DNA of 64,000 nucleotides from an uncultured Gammaproteobacteria bacterium. Lineage in GTDB: Bacteria > Patescibacteriota > Patescibacteriia > VMEV01 > CAZAJQ01. Under the pieces are notes generated by a model. The model ran no database searches and was not told the DNA's origin. It saw nothing but the letters and a program-made list of their open reading frames with translations. A program made the position numbers and the translations under genes. The stretch spans positions 142,014 through 206,013 of the forward strand of contig CAZAJQ010000001.1 in assembly GCA_964485795.1 (NCBI GenBank). Reading direction: 5' to 3'. Position 1 is the first letter of the stretch; the number at the start of each line of letters is the position of its first letter. Shown here piece by piece: positions 18,533-28,067 of this stretch.

Positions 18533-19630
18533 ATGAACCAAGAACTCTATCATTTTGTCAAAAATTCCATCGATCGCGGAATTGAAAAAAAATCCATCGA
18601 AACCGTTCTCAAAAAAGCCGGATGGAGCCCGGATGACGTCAAAAACGCTTTTGATCGCTTTTATCTGACGGATTATCCGATCGCCATTCCCAAACGAAGC
18701 CCCTATCTCAACGCAAGGGAAGCTTTCCTCCTTTTGATCGTATTCACTACGCTCTACATCAGCGCCATCAATTTTGGCATACTCATCTTCCAGTACATCA
18801 ACTACTGGTTTTTTGATCCGATTTCCTTTCCCGAAGGCGACTTCTCGACCATAACCGTCCGATCGGCTTTGGCGTCGCTGATCATTGCCTTTCCGATTTT
18901 TTTGCTCGTTTCGCGCGCCGTGGAACAATCTTTTGCCGCCATTCTCGAAAAAAAAGAATCAAAAATATACAAATGGCTCACTTACATCACTCTTTTCGTC
19001 ACAACGATCGTGATGATCGTGGATCTCATCATGCTCATGAACAATCTCTTGGCAGGCGAATTGACCTGGCGGTTTTCCTTGAAAGTTCTGACCGTGCTCA
19101 TCATTGCCGGTACGGTTTTCACCTATTATCTTCTCGACCTGCGCCGCGGAGAAAAAGGGATGAAAGATTCCCAGTCCAAAACTCCGTTTCGATTTTTTCT
19201 CGCGCTTCTTATCGCTGCCGTCGTCACGGTGGTAACTGGCGGCATTTTCCTTTCGGGAAAACCATCTTCGCAAAGGGATATTTTACTTGATGATCAAAGA
19301 GTGTCGCATCTGCAGAGCATCAGCTTTGCCATCGACCGGTATTGGGAAAACCATGATAAAAAACTTCCCGCCGATTTTGAATCGTTGGGGAATGAACGGG
19401 ATATTTATGTGAACTCTTTTTCGGATCCGCAAACGAACGCCACTTACGAGTATTCCCAAACCGACGAAACATCCTATCGCCTCTGCGCCACGTTTGCGAG
19501 AGCATCCGAAGACACCTCCCTCCAGACAAAACCAAGAGCACTCGCTCCATCGACGTTTGAAAATCGATTTTGGGATCACCCGAGCGGGTATCATTGCTAT
19601 GATTTCACGGCGAGGCCGTCAATAAAATGA
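18533..19630 (+). CDS. polytopic membrane protein with a C-terminal pseudopilin(GspG)-like globular domain
   Basis: N-terminal soluble segment, about five transmembrane helices, then a C-terminal approximately 120 aa region (DDQRVSHLQSISFAIDRYWENHDKKLPADFESLGNE...DPQTNATYEYSQ...YRLCATF). This region resembles the alpha-beta fold motif of T2SS/T4P pseudopilins. Confidence 0.5.
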   Translation: MNQELYHFVKNSIDRGIEKKSIETVLKKAGWSPDDVKNAFDRFYLTDYPIAIPKRSPYLNAREAFLLLIVFTTLYISAINFGILIFQYINYWFFDPISFPEGDFSTITVRSALASLIIAFPIFLLVSRAVEQSFAAILEKKESKIYKWLTYITLFVTTIVMIVDLIMLMNNLLAGELTWRFSLKVLTVLIIAGTVFTYYLLDLRRGEKGMKDSQSKTPFRFFLALLIAAVVTVVTGGIFLSGKPSSQRDILLDDQRVSHLQSISFAIDRYWENHDKKLPADFESLGNERDIYVNSFSDPQTNATYEYSQTDETSYRLCATFARASEDTSLQTKPRALAPSTFENRFWDHPSGYHCYDFTARPSIK

Positions 19631-19660
19631 CAGGGCCGATTGAAAAGCATCAAAAAAACG

Positions 19661-19692
19661 AAAGAAGCGAAATCATATCGCTTCTTTTGTTT
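19661..19692. terminator. bidirectional terminator hairpin between convergent genes
   Basis: GAAGCGA AATCATA TCGCTTC with an A-run upstream and TTTTGTTTG downstream. The loop contains the stop codon of the minus-strand gene 19673..20071. Confidence 0.5.
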
Positions 19693-20071
19693 GCGACGGA
19701 GAGGATTGCCGCGTAAAAAAAATTTCCAAAACGACGCACGCGAAAAAAAGGGCGAAAAAATTGATGGCGTTGAGAAGACTGTTGGCCATCAAATACAGTG
19801 ACACGACTATCATTCCCGAATAAAAAAAAGCCTGCCGCAACGAAGGATATGTGATGGCTTTATAATGGGTTTTTTTGAAAAAAAAAGTTCTCACCCCCAT
19901 TCCGCACAAGGAAAAAAAACCAAGTGAAGAAAGAAACAACGTCACATAAAAAAGAATCAGCTCCGCTGGAGTTGCAAAAAAAGGGTCGGTACGAAATACG
20001 ATCACCGACCAACCGATAAACGAAATGAGCGTACCGGTCATCATGAAAATGATAAACTTTTTATACGTCAT
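19673..20071 (-). CDS. hypothetical small membrane protein (4 transmembrane helices)
   Basis: 132 aa hydrophobic ORF. Confidence 0.45.
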   Translation of the reverse strand: MTYKKFIIFMMTGTLISFIGWSVIVFRTDPFFATPAELILFYVTLFLSSLGFFSLCGMGVRTFFFKKTHYKAITYPSLRQAFFYSGMIVVSLYLMANSLLNAINFFALFFACVVLEIFFTRQSSPSQTKEAI

Positions 20072-20078
20072 AAACGTT

Positions 20079-20150
20079 ACCCCTGCAGTAGAACGAAGCG
20101 CACACTGCAGGGTAAACCCCTGCAGTTAAACGATGCGCATACTGCAGGAT
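20079..20150 (+). repeat. two tandem variant copies of the family A hairpin repeat (CTGCAG variant)
   Basis: CCCTGCAGTAGAACGAAGCGCACACTGCAGGG and CCCTGCAGTTAAACGATGCGCATACTGCAGGA. The A-to-C change in the 5' arm is matched by a T-to-G change in the 3' arm, so the stem pairing is preserved. Confidence 0.75.
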
Positions 20151-20151
20151 T

Positions 20152-20475
20152 TCATGCGACAAATCTTAACCTCAAAACCAATCGAGACCCTGTTTTCTCA
20201 TGCAAATGAGCCAAAACTTCCGCTTCGCGCATTTTGATCTCCGAGGCGATCGACGAATTCTTCACGGATATCGCGAGACTTTGCTGACGGATATACCGCG
20301 CTTCGGCTTCTTTCGTCGCTTCTTGACCAAAAGTCTTGGCCAGCCATTTTTGAAAAACGTCCATCACCAGAAGCTTTTCCATATCTTCGCCAAGGGCATC
20401 GGTTTTCATCTTGCGCTTCAAAATATTTTTCAGAGAATCCATAGTCTTTGTTGCCAAGATGATTTCAGGTCTCAT
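20152..20475 (-). CDS. DUF721/DciA-like protein
   Basis: About 100 aa protein whose pattern (EKLLVMDVFQKW...SLAISVKNSSIASEIKMREAEVLAHL...RLVLRLRF) matches the DUF721 family usually found near replication/repair genes. Assigned from memory of the family pattern. Confidence 0.45.
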   Translation of the reverse strand: MRPEIILATKTMDSLKNILKRKMKTDALGEDMEKLLVMDVFQKWLAKTFGQEATKEAEARYIRQQSLAISVKNSSIASEIKMREAEVLAHLHEKTGSRLVLRLRFVA

Positions 20476-20520
20476 TTTGAGACTGTAAAAAAATTATGAA
20501 ATACGAAGCTCTGGAGCGAG

Positions 20521-20551
20521 CCCTAAGTATGCGCTTTGCTTAACTTCAGGG
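20521..20551 (-). repeat. reverse-orientation copy of the family A hairpin repeat
   Basis: Reverse complement of CCCTAAGTATGCGCTTTGCTTAACTTCAGGG matches the consensus with two mismatches. Confidence 0.7.
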
Positions 20552-20604
20552 TGAGTAGTTCGCATTTTGCTACTGTCTCATTTTTGATTTTTTTTCAAAT
20601 GTCT

Positions 20605-23568
20605 CTACAACTTTCGATACTCGCATATTTCTTTGTAGTCGCAATATTTGCACTTTTGCGGAGCCGGATCCGGATGAAATACGCCTTTTCGAATTTCAGC
20701 CACGAGCTGCATGATTTTTTCTTTCAATTGTTCTAAATCTTTTTCTTTTCCCAAAAAAGAAAGAGGCTTGTTTTCATTGAGGTAATAAAATTCCAACTCC
20801 GCGACTTTTCTTCCCATGCACTCGGAAGCAGCGAGCTGATAGAGCAAGAGCTGATCCTTTTCAACCGTTTTTTCGGTCTTTACTCCGCCGGTTTTATAAT
20901 CCACGATCTTGACGCTTCCGTCTCCGACATTATCCACCCTATCCATGACTCCCCGCAAGGTAACGTCTCCGATTTTGAGATGAAACCCTTTTTCGACAAA
21001 GAGCACGTCCGGCCAAGCGTCGCGATGCTTTTCAAAAAATCCCCGCAAAATTTCCCTTCCTTTTTTTCGGTAATTTTCTTTTTGAACAGCGTTTTCATAC
21101 CATTCGTCAATCCACGATTCCTCATAATATCTCATCAGATCCTCAAGTGACGGCGGTGTAAGCGGTTTTTCGCTCGCATCCGAAAAAAGAGATCCTTGCC
21201 GCCGATCTTTCGCGACGACCAAGATGGAAAAAAACTTCTGCAGACACGAATGCAAGGTTTTTCCGAAGCTGAACGCCGCTTTTCCGGCTACGGGAATTTT
21301 CACGATAAAGGCGTAACGATATTGCCACGGGCAGGTTTCAAAAGATTTGATCTGCGTAAAACTCAAATGCTTGGGAATCTCGGCCGGCACAAGCGCGTTT
21401 TTTTCGCTCCGTTTCGTTTTTGGAAATCCGAGCATGACGCCGCCGAAAACATGCGTCGGAATCTCTTTGACCGTGTCGGATTCGTTCACCAAACCGGCCT
21501 CATGCAAGAATCTTGAAAGTTTCTTTTTCCTTTTTCCTCCGTAATTTTCCGCCGAGGTGAAGAACAAGCTTGCCTTCGCGCGGGTGATGGCGACATAAAA
21601 CAAACGTCTTTCTTCTTCGAGATGAGTATCTCCCTCGGGGATAATCTCCTTGATCAAAGCCGAAGGTATCAAAATCGCATCTTTTCGCTCGCTTGTCGGG
21701 AAACGCCGGTCGACCATGTTGACGACAAACACATGTTCGAATTCGAGCCCCTTGGCGCCATGCACCGTCATGATTTTGACGCTGTCGGGACCGTCATCCG
21801 GCTTTGCCCCCAAAGCTCCTTCGTCTCCGGCCTCAAGATAAAATTTTTGATGCGACAAAAACGCTTTCAAGGAACGATCCTTGGAAGTTTCTTCAAATCT
21901 CTTTATAAATAGATACAATTGATTGAGGTGATCAAAATGTTCCAAAGACTCGGCTTCCGGCAATTTCTGCAATCCGCGAATGACTCCAATATCCGATACC
22001 GCTTCCAAAAAAATGTTGCTCGCGTTCGTCGCTCGAGATTTTTGACCGTGTTTTTTGATAAGCGACACGATTCTTTCCGCGTTTTTGCAAAACTCGGGGG
22101 AAAAACCCAAGGCGCTTGCCCGAAGAAACACTTCGTGAAGCGACCATGCTTTTTTGCGGGCGACCTGCATTGCCGCCATGACTTCCTCTCGCGAAAATCC
22201 CACGGAATCCATGTTGATCACCCGATACATGGCGCCGCTCTCGTGATAATCGTCAAGCAACTTCAGATACGAAAGCAAATCCATGATGAGCGGCTTCAAA
22301 AAAAGTCCGGATGACGCATAATACGTAAAGGGAATCATCGCAGCTTCAAAAGCGGCCACAAAAGGATCGGCGGCTCGGTTTGAGCGTATCAAAATGGCGA
22401 AATCCGACCATGCGCAAGATGTTTTTTCCCGCATTTCAACGATCTTTTGGATCACTCCCGTCACTTCATCATCCCCGGTGGCGAAATGAAGATATTCGAC
22501 GGTGCCGGTCTTGCGGTCATGCGCCAATAGCTTTTTTTCGATATGCAGTCGTTCTTCGAGACGATTGGGATTGTTGTGCACGATGCACCGGTACGCCAGA
22601 TCCAAAATGTTTTGCGATGAACGATAATTTTGCGTCAAAACGATTTCTTTCGCGTCCGGATAATCCTTTTTGAACGTCAGAATATTGCTGATCGATGCCC
22701 CGCGAAATTTATAAATGGCTTGATCATCGTCCCCCACGACCACAAGGTTGTTGTGCGGAGATGAAAGCATTTTTACGATCTCATATTGCGCAAAATTCGT
22801 GTCTTGAAATTCGTCCACGAGAATGTATTTGAATTGCTTGAGATACAGTCCCAAAATATGATTGCGTTTGGAAAAAAGGCGCAGCGTATCGGTAATCAAA
22901 TCGCCAAAATCCAAAGCCGAATTTTCGAGTAAAACGTTTTGGTACGTATGATAGGCGTCGGCGATTTCAGAGACGCGATCCGTCTCGTTTCGGTCGGCGC
23001 TTCCTTCGGCGATTGGTCCGTTTTTGACGTCCAAAGCCGTATCGGCGTCAAGCTTTAAACTTTTCGCGTACTCCACATAGCTTTCCGGAAAAATGGCTTC
23101 GTCCTTGCATTTGGAAAAATGGTTCAGCATCGCGACGATAAACTTGGTGGGATTTCCCAAGGGACGATAATAATCGAGCCGAAAACGCGCGAAATTCTCA
23201 AAAACCAGCTTCCAGCGTTCGGTGTCGGAAAGGATGCGAAAATCGTTTGGCAATCCGATATCCATGCCGTTGCGTTGCAATACGCGTTCGCAAAACGCAT
23301 GAAACGTCATGATCCACAAATCAAAATATCCATAAGGAAGCAAACGATCCACCCGTTCTTCCATCTCTTCCGCCGCCTTGTCGGTAAATGTCAGCGCAAG
23401 GATTTCTTCGGGTTTCGCCAGTCCGCTGTCAATGAGATAGGCGATGCGGGAGGTGATCACGGTCGTTTTCCCGGTACCCGCGCCGGCGACGATCAAAAGC
23501 GGCCCCGCCCCGTGCATGGCCGCTTCTTTTTGAGCTTGGTTGAGCGTATCCAAGTATGAAAATGCCAT
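20605..23568 (-). CDS. UvrD/PcrA-family helicase fused to a C-terminal PD-(D/E)xK Cas4/AddB-like Fe-S nuclease domain
   Basis: Walker A AGAGTGKTT and UvrD motifs (YILVDEFQDTN, VVGDDDQAIYKFRGA, TVHGAKGLEF). C-terminal domain with conserved Cys (ETCPWQYRY ... CKYCDYKEIC) and nuclease motifs (IVDYKTG). Confidence 0.85.
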   Translation of the reverse strand: MAFSYLDTLNQAQKEAAMHGAGPLLIVAGAGTGKTTVITSRIAYLIDSGLAKPEEILALTFTDKAAEEMEERVDRLLPYGYFDLWIMTFHAFCERVLQRNGMDIGLPNDFRILSDTERWKLVFENFARFRLDYYRPLGNPTKFIVAMLNHFSKCKDEAIFPESYVEYAKSLKLDADTALDVKNGPIAEGSADRNETDRVSEIADAYHTYQNVLLENSALDFGDLITDTLRLFSKRNHILGLYLKQFKYILVDEFQDTNFAQYEIVKMLSSPHNNLVVVGDDDQAIYKFRGASISNILTFKKDYPDAKEIVLTQNYRSSQNILDLAYRCIVHNNPNRLEERLHIEKKLLAHDRKTGTVEYLHFATGDDEVTGVIQKIVEMREKTSCAWSDFAILIRSNRAADPFVAAFEAAMIPFTYYASSGLFLKPLIMDLLSYLKLLDDYHESGAMYRVINMDSVGFSREEVMAAMQVARKKAWSLHEVFLRASALGFSPEFCKNAERIVSLIKKHGQKSRATNASNIFLEAVSDIGVIRGLQKLPEAESLEHFDHLNQLYLFIKRFEETSKDRSLKAFLSHQKFYLEAGDEGALGAKPDDGPDSVKIMTVHGAKGLEFEHVFVVNMVDRRFPTSERKDAILIPSALIKEIIPEGDTHLEEERRLFYVAITRAKASLFFTSAENYGGKRKKKLSRFLHEAGLVNESDTVKEIPTHVFGGVMLGFPKTKRSEKNALVPAEIPKHLSFTQIKSFETCPWQYRYAFIVKIPVAGKAAFSFGKTLHSCLQKFFSILVVAKDRRQGSLFSDASEKPLTPPSLEDLMRYYEESWIDEWYENAVQKENYRKKGREILRGFFEKHRDAWPDVLFVEKGFHLKIGDVTLRGVMDRVDNVGDGSVKIVDYKTGGVKTEKTVEKDQLLLYQLAASECMGRKVAELEFYYLNENKPLSFLGKEKDLEQLKEKIMQLVAEIRKGVFHPDPAPQKCKYCDYKEICEYRKL

Positions 23569-23582
23569 ATGGTATTCCGTTT

Positions 23583-23617
23583 AAAAAACAAAAGGCGAAA
23601 CTCGCCTTTATGTTTTT
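23583..23617 (-). terminator. rho-independent terminator (bidirectional in form)
   Basis: GGCGA AAC TCGCC hairpin flanked by an A-run and a T-run, immediately downstream of the minus-strand gene 23635..23880. Confidence 0.5.
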
Positions 23618-23634
23618 GTGTTTTTGGCTTTCTT

Positions 23635-23880
23635 CTATCGATTTTTTTCCAATGCCTCGATTTTTGAGTTCAAAACTTCTATCTGAATTTGGAGATCCGA
23701 AATTTGCTCCTGATACCCTTCTTTAATGCTCGTATCTTTGTAGTCCATATCGCCGGAAATGTCCGTCAGCTTGATCAGAAAAAAAAGCACTATCAAAGCC
23801 CCCAACAAAATGCAAATAAAAGGGAAAATGTGGTCGCACCCGATCTGTTCGCACAATGAATCGTTTTTGTTGTTTTTCAT
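23635..23880 (-). CDS. small bitopic coiled-coil membrane protein (FtsB/DivIC-like topology)
   Basis: Transmembrane helix followed by a heptad coiled coil (LQIQIEVLNSKIEALEKNR). The family assignment is tentative. Confidence 0.35.
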   Translation of the reverse strand: MKNNKNDSLCEQIGCDHIFPFICILLGALIVLFFLIKLTDISGDMDYKDTSIKEGYQEQISDLQIQIEVLNSKIEALEKNR

Positions 23881-24092
23881 ATGACGATGCTCAAGGCATT
23901 CATTTTTTTATAAAATCATTTTTTCTTGTCGGGCATCATGGATGCGACGGCGAAACCAGCGGCCACCAAAGCGATGCTGTTGGAATTGTTCACCACGCGA
24001 TCATAGTCGGTCTGCACTGCAGACATGACCGTCAAAAGACCGAGAACAAGCGCCAGATAAAAATACACTTTACTGATATACATAGAAAAAAA

Positions 24093-24920
24093 TTAATTAT
24101 TTGCTTTTGATTTTTGAGCTTCGGATTTTTGAGCCTCGCATAGCGTCACCTTTTCTTTTTCAGCCGCAGCCCGATCGGCGGAAAGGACATAGTGTTCATC
24201 GGAAATCAGACTTCCGGCATTGAGCAGATCTTTCGTGAGGGTAATCGTTTTCAGATCTTTTTCATAGGTAAGCAAAAAACTTTCGCAATCTTTGAGCGTA
24301 TCGACCGGATCCTTTTCCAGGAAAACAATGCTCTTGTCCGTAACCTCGTAAACGGCCAATACATTTCCGGAAGACACTTTTTTCTGATACAGTCTTTTTT
24401 GAGCGCCAAGGATGTCAAAAGCTTTGGATTGAGCGTATTGCGCGTCTTTTTCGGCGTCGTAGAGCCACAAAGAAAATGTGCCCTTTTTCTCGGTCACATA
24501 CACATACCGATTGCTCTCTCCGGGCATCTTTTGAGCTTCGGAAATTCCCAATGCTTCATTCAGCGCCAAAATAAACTTCGCATACCACAATTCTTCGGAC
24601 AATTTTTGGATTTCATCGCTGATTTTCGATATCTCGCCGCTTGCCTTGTCTTTTGCCTGTCCCTCAAGCGTCGACAGCTTTCCGGTAAGCTCCGAAATTT
24701 GCGATTCGAGCTCCATACGCAGCTTGGATATTTCCGCGTCTTTTTTCAGCTGCTGAGAAGCGCTTTGCCAAATGAACAAACCAAAAACGATGACGATGAC
24801 GATCAAAACAAAAACAAATCCAAAATTTTTCGATTTCTTTTCCTCATGCGCGATCCTTTTGTCGGGTTCGCTTTTCGCATCTTCATCGGGATCGATAAAC
24901 GTTTTTTTGAGTCGAGGCAT
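24093..24920 (-). CDS. hypothetical membrane-anchored coiled-coil protein
   Basis: Transmembrane helix (FVFVLIVIVIVFGLFIW), then a coiled coil, then a C-terminal globular domain. Confidence 0.45.
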   Translation of the reverse strand: MPRLKKTFIDPDEDAKSEPDKRIAHEEKKSKNFGFVFVLIVIVIVFGLFIWQSASQQLKKDAEISKLRMELESQISELTGKLSTLEGQAKDKASGEISKISDEIQKLSEELWYAKFILALNEALGISEAQKMPGESNRYVYVTEKKGTFSLWLYDAEKDAQYAQSKAFDILGAQKRLYQKKVSSGNVLAVYEVTDKSIVFLEKDPVDTLKDCESFLLTYEKDLKTITLTKDLLNAGSLISDEHYVLSADRAAAEKEKVTLCEAQKSEAQKSKANN

Positions 24921-24971
24921 AAAAAATATTATTCAAATGTCTTCCTTGAGTATAGCACATGTTTCGACTTT

Positions 24972-25814
24972 TCACGGAGAAATTTTTTTGAAAAAAGAAA
25001 GGGCGTTTTCAAAAAGTCTTTTCTCGACTTCCTCCGCATCCATTCTCTTTATTTCCGCGATGCGCGCGACAACGTATTTCACGAAGCTGGGCTCATTGCG
25101 CTTCCCGCGATGCGGCACGGGAGTAAGATACGGAGCATCGGTTTCCGAAAGGATATGCGCGATGTCGGTCTTTTCGATGATATCATCCCAATCATGGCAA
25201 AAGGTGATCAGCCCGGTAAACGAGATACGCATGCCGCACGAGATGTAATATTTTGCATCGTCTTCCTTTGCCGTGAAACAATGCACGACCGCTCCCACTT
25301 TTTGCATTTCCTTGCGATGATCCGCGACAAAACGTTTCAGGTCCGAGTGAGCGTCGCGGCAATGGATGATAAGCGGGAGATCAAATTCCAAAGCGAGCTT
25401 CAGGTGCTCTAGAAGATTCTCGATTTGTGTATTTCTCAGCTCAAAAATTTCGCTTTTTTTTCTCTTGTAATAGTCCAGCCCCACTTCTCCCACCGCCACC
25501 ACGCGAGGATGTTTGGCGAGATTGGCATAATAATCGTAATCAAACCGCTCCCGTCGCACTTTGAATTCGGATTTTTTGCCATCCGCGAAATACTCTTCAT
25601 ACCTGTCCCCGTCGAGATGTACTGGATGCAAACCGATGGAGGCATACACGCCTTTTTCAAAGCGTGATGCAAGCTCCACGCTTTTTTTTGACGTGTCTTT
25701 TTGCGTGCCCACATTCACGAGCCATGTACCCTGCTGATATGCGCGCTTCAACACGACTTCGTCATCATCTTTGTACGCGATGAAATTGACATGAGTATGC
25801 GTATCAAAAAACAT
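24972..25814 (-). CDS. tatD: TatD-family metal-dependent DNase/hydrolase
   Basis: N-terminal FFDTHTHVNF and the conserved His/Asp/Glu pattern of the TatD/YcfH family. Downstream of metG, as in many bacteria. Confidence 0.85.
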   Translation of the reverse strand: MFFDTHTHVNFIAYKDDDEVVLKRAYQQGTWLVNVGTQKDTSKKSVELASRFEKGVYASIGLHPVHLDGDRYEEYFADGKKSEFKVRRERFDYDYYANLAKHPRVVAVGEVGLDYYKRKKSEIFELRNTQIENLLEHLKLALEFDLPLIIHCRDAHSDLKRFVADHRKEMQKVGAVVHCFTAKEDDAKYYISCGMRISFTGLITFCHDWDDIIEKTDIAHILSETDAPYLTPVPHRGKRNEPSFVKYVVARIAEIKRMDAEEVEKRLFENALSFFKKISP

Positions 25815-25909
25815 AACATGATTTCTCTTAAAACTTTTCGAAACCGCAAGAAATATTTCTTTTTATAAAAAAAAATCCGAATGACCGTCGCTAAGACATC
25901 GGAGTCGTC

Positions 25910-26425
25910 TCACTTTGAAACCCAGGAAATGACTCCGGGAATATCGGGAACCCAAGCGGTAGCAAAAGACGATATCCAGAATATCGCGCTCGGAACCGTG
26001 GAAAGTCGAATAATTTCACGGAAAGGTTGAGAGAGAGGAAATCTCGACAATGCGAAAAAAATCACTCCAAGGAGCAGGATGCCTTCGCAAAAACCCAAAG
26101 CCGCGCCCGCCAAACGATTGACGCTTTTTGCGAACGGAATGATCGAAAGAATGCGAAAAATCCTGTCGATCACCATGAAAATGATATGGATGATTTTGCT
26201 GGATACCGCGAATACGAGAAAAAAAACGATGGCGTATCCGTATCGAGATCCGTCGAGAAAATCGATGCTTTTGTAAACCACCGCCGTGAATTTTCCTGCG
26301 ATGATCATGCCACCGAATACTCCGATCAAAGCTCCCAACGTGCGGATCAATCCGCGCGCAAATCCGGCGACGGCAAAGCACAAAAGAATACCAAAAAGGA
26401 GAATGTCAAAATAAGTCATGTGCAT
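25910..26425 (-). CDS. cvpA: CvpA-family membrane protein
   Basis: About 170 aa 4-transmembrane protein with a CvpA-like N-terminus (FDILLFGILLCFAVAGFARGLIRTL). Overlaps the metG stop. Confidence 0.65.
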   Translation of the reverse strand: MHMTYFDILLFGILLCFAVAGFARGLIRTLGALIGVFGGMIIAGKFTAVVYKSIDFLDGSRYGYAIVFFLVFAVSSKIIHIIFMVIDRIFRILSIIPFAKSVNRLAGAALGFCEGILLLGVIFFALSRFPLSQPFREIIRLSTVPSAIFWISSFATAWVPDIPGVISWVSK

Positions 26426-27942
26426 TATTGTTTTGTTTCAAGCATGGGAAAAAGCGCGGGAAACTTTTGCGCGCGAATTTCACCTGAAATTGTACCCCAC
26501 TTTCTCAAATTCGCATAAGGCGATTTTTTTTCGCGATCGAAAACTCCCATAGCCGCGAGCATGGTTTCAGAAACTTCAGGCATAAAAGGAAAAAGCATCC
26601 AAGCGATATGACGCAAGCATTCCATGAGTGAGGTCAAGACTTGGGAAAAACGAACCGCGTCGCTTTTTGCGAGCTGCCAAGGCTTCTCACACTCGATAAG
26701 CAAGTCGCAGCTTGAAACGATGTCCCAAACAACGGTGAGTATTTCATGGAATCGCAATTCGGACATCCGTGCGTCGTATTGGTCCCATGCCGCGCATACG
26801 ATTGTGGAAATATCTTCGAAACCTCCGCCGTAATCGGCGTTGAAGGGGCGTTTTTCCGCCAAAGCGAATACCCGACTGACAAGGTTTCCGAGACCGTGGG
26901 AAAGATCGGACGTGTAACGCTCTTTCATACGTTTTTCGGAAATATCTCCGTCTTGACCGAAAGTCACTTCGCGAAAGAGAAAATATCGCAAGGCATCGTT
27001 TCCATATCGCCTCGCCCAATCCGTGGGATCGATCACATTGCCCAAGGTCTTTGACATTTTTTGCCCCTCGATGGTGAAAAAACCGTGCGCATAGAGTTTT
27101 TTTGGCACACGCAAACCCAATGCCATGAGCATGGAAGGCCAGATGACGGCATGAAAAGTCTTGAGAATGTCTTTGGCCATCAGCTGCACATCGGCGGGCC
27201 AAAATTTTTGAAAATGTTCCTCGTTTTCGTACACATCCAAAGCCGTAATGTAATTCATCAACGCTTCAATCCACACATAGCAGGTTTGTTCGCGGTCAAA
27301 GGGCAATACGATTCCCCACGGAACATCCTTGCGGGAAATGGGGATATCTTTGACTCCCTGCTCCAAAAAGCTCAAGACTTCGTTGCGTCTCGCCTCGGGT
27401 TCGATGCGCATTTCCTTTGACAGTATCTTTTCCTTGATTCGAGGCGTAAAATCCGAAAGCCGGAAAAACCAATTTTCTTCGGACAGCGGTATGGGGGCTT
27501 TTTTATGAAAGGGACACAGTCCATCCACCAATTCGCTTTCAGCCTTGTACGCTTCGCATCCGACGCAATACAGCCCTTCATAAGAACCCTTGTAGAGAAA
27601 CCCGTCGTCATAAAGCTTTTGCAAAAGCATGCTGGCGATCCTTTCATGTCGGCTTTCAGTGGTGCGTATGAAAAAGTCGTGGCTTAGCCCAAGCGTATCC
27701 CATGCTTCCATGAAGGTTGCTGACCATTCGTCGACAAACGTTTGCGGAGATTGTCCACGCTTCTCGGCCTCTTGGGCGATTTTTTTTCCGTGTTCATCCG
27801 TGCCGGTAAGGAAAAAGACGTCGTCTCCCTTCATGCGATGAAATCGAGCCAATATGTCGGCCGCTATCGTCGTGTACGCATGCCCGATATGGGGTTTGTC
27901 GTTCACGTAGTAAATTGGGGTGGTGATGTAAAATTTTGCCAT
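26425..27942 (-). CDS. metG: methionine--tRNA ligase (short form)
   Basis: HIGH motif (PHIGHAYT), KMSKS (KMSKTLGN) and a zinc knuckle (CVGCEAY...CPFHK). Confidence 0.9.
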   Translation of the reverse strand: MAKFYITTPIYYVNDKPHIGHAYTTIAADILARFHRMKGDDVFFLTGTDEHGKKIAQEAEKRGQSPQTFVDEWSATFMEAWDTLGLSHDFFIRTTESRHERIASMLLQKLYDDGFLYKGSYEGLYCVGCEAYKAESELVDGLCPFHKKAPIPLSEENWFFRLSDFTPRIKEKILSKEMRIEPEARRNEVLSFLEQGVKDIPISRKDVPWGIVLPFDREQTCYVWIEALMNYITALDVYENEEHFQKFWPADVQLMAKDILKTFHAVIWPSMLMALGLRVPKKLYAHGFFTIEGQKMSKTLGNVIDPTDWARRYGNDALRYFLFREVTFGQDGDISEKRMKERYTSDLSHGLGNLVSRVFALAEKRPFNADYGGGFEDISTIVCAAWDQYDARMSELRFHEILTVVWDIVSSCDLLIECEKPWQLAKSDAVRFSQVLTSLMECLRHIAWMLFPFMPEVSETMLAAMGVFDREKKSPYANLRKWGTISGEIRAQKFPALFPMLETKQ

Positions 27943-28067
27943 AATAAACGATCATCAACATGCTCAAAAACAATGGTGCACACAAACAGTATCAAAAAAA
28001 ATGCCCCCTGAAAAGAAACAAAGGTGCTTGTGACACCTTTGTGTGATTTTTCCTTTTTTAAAAAAAA

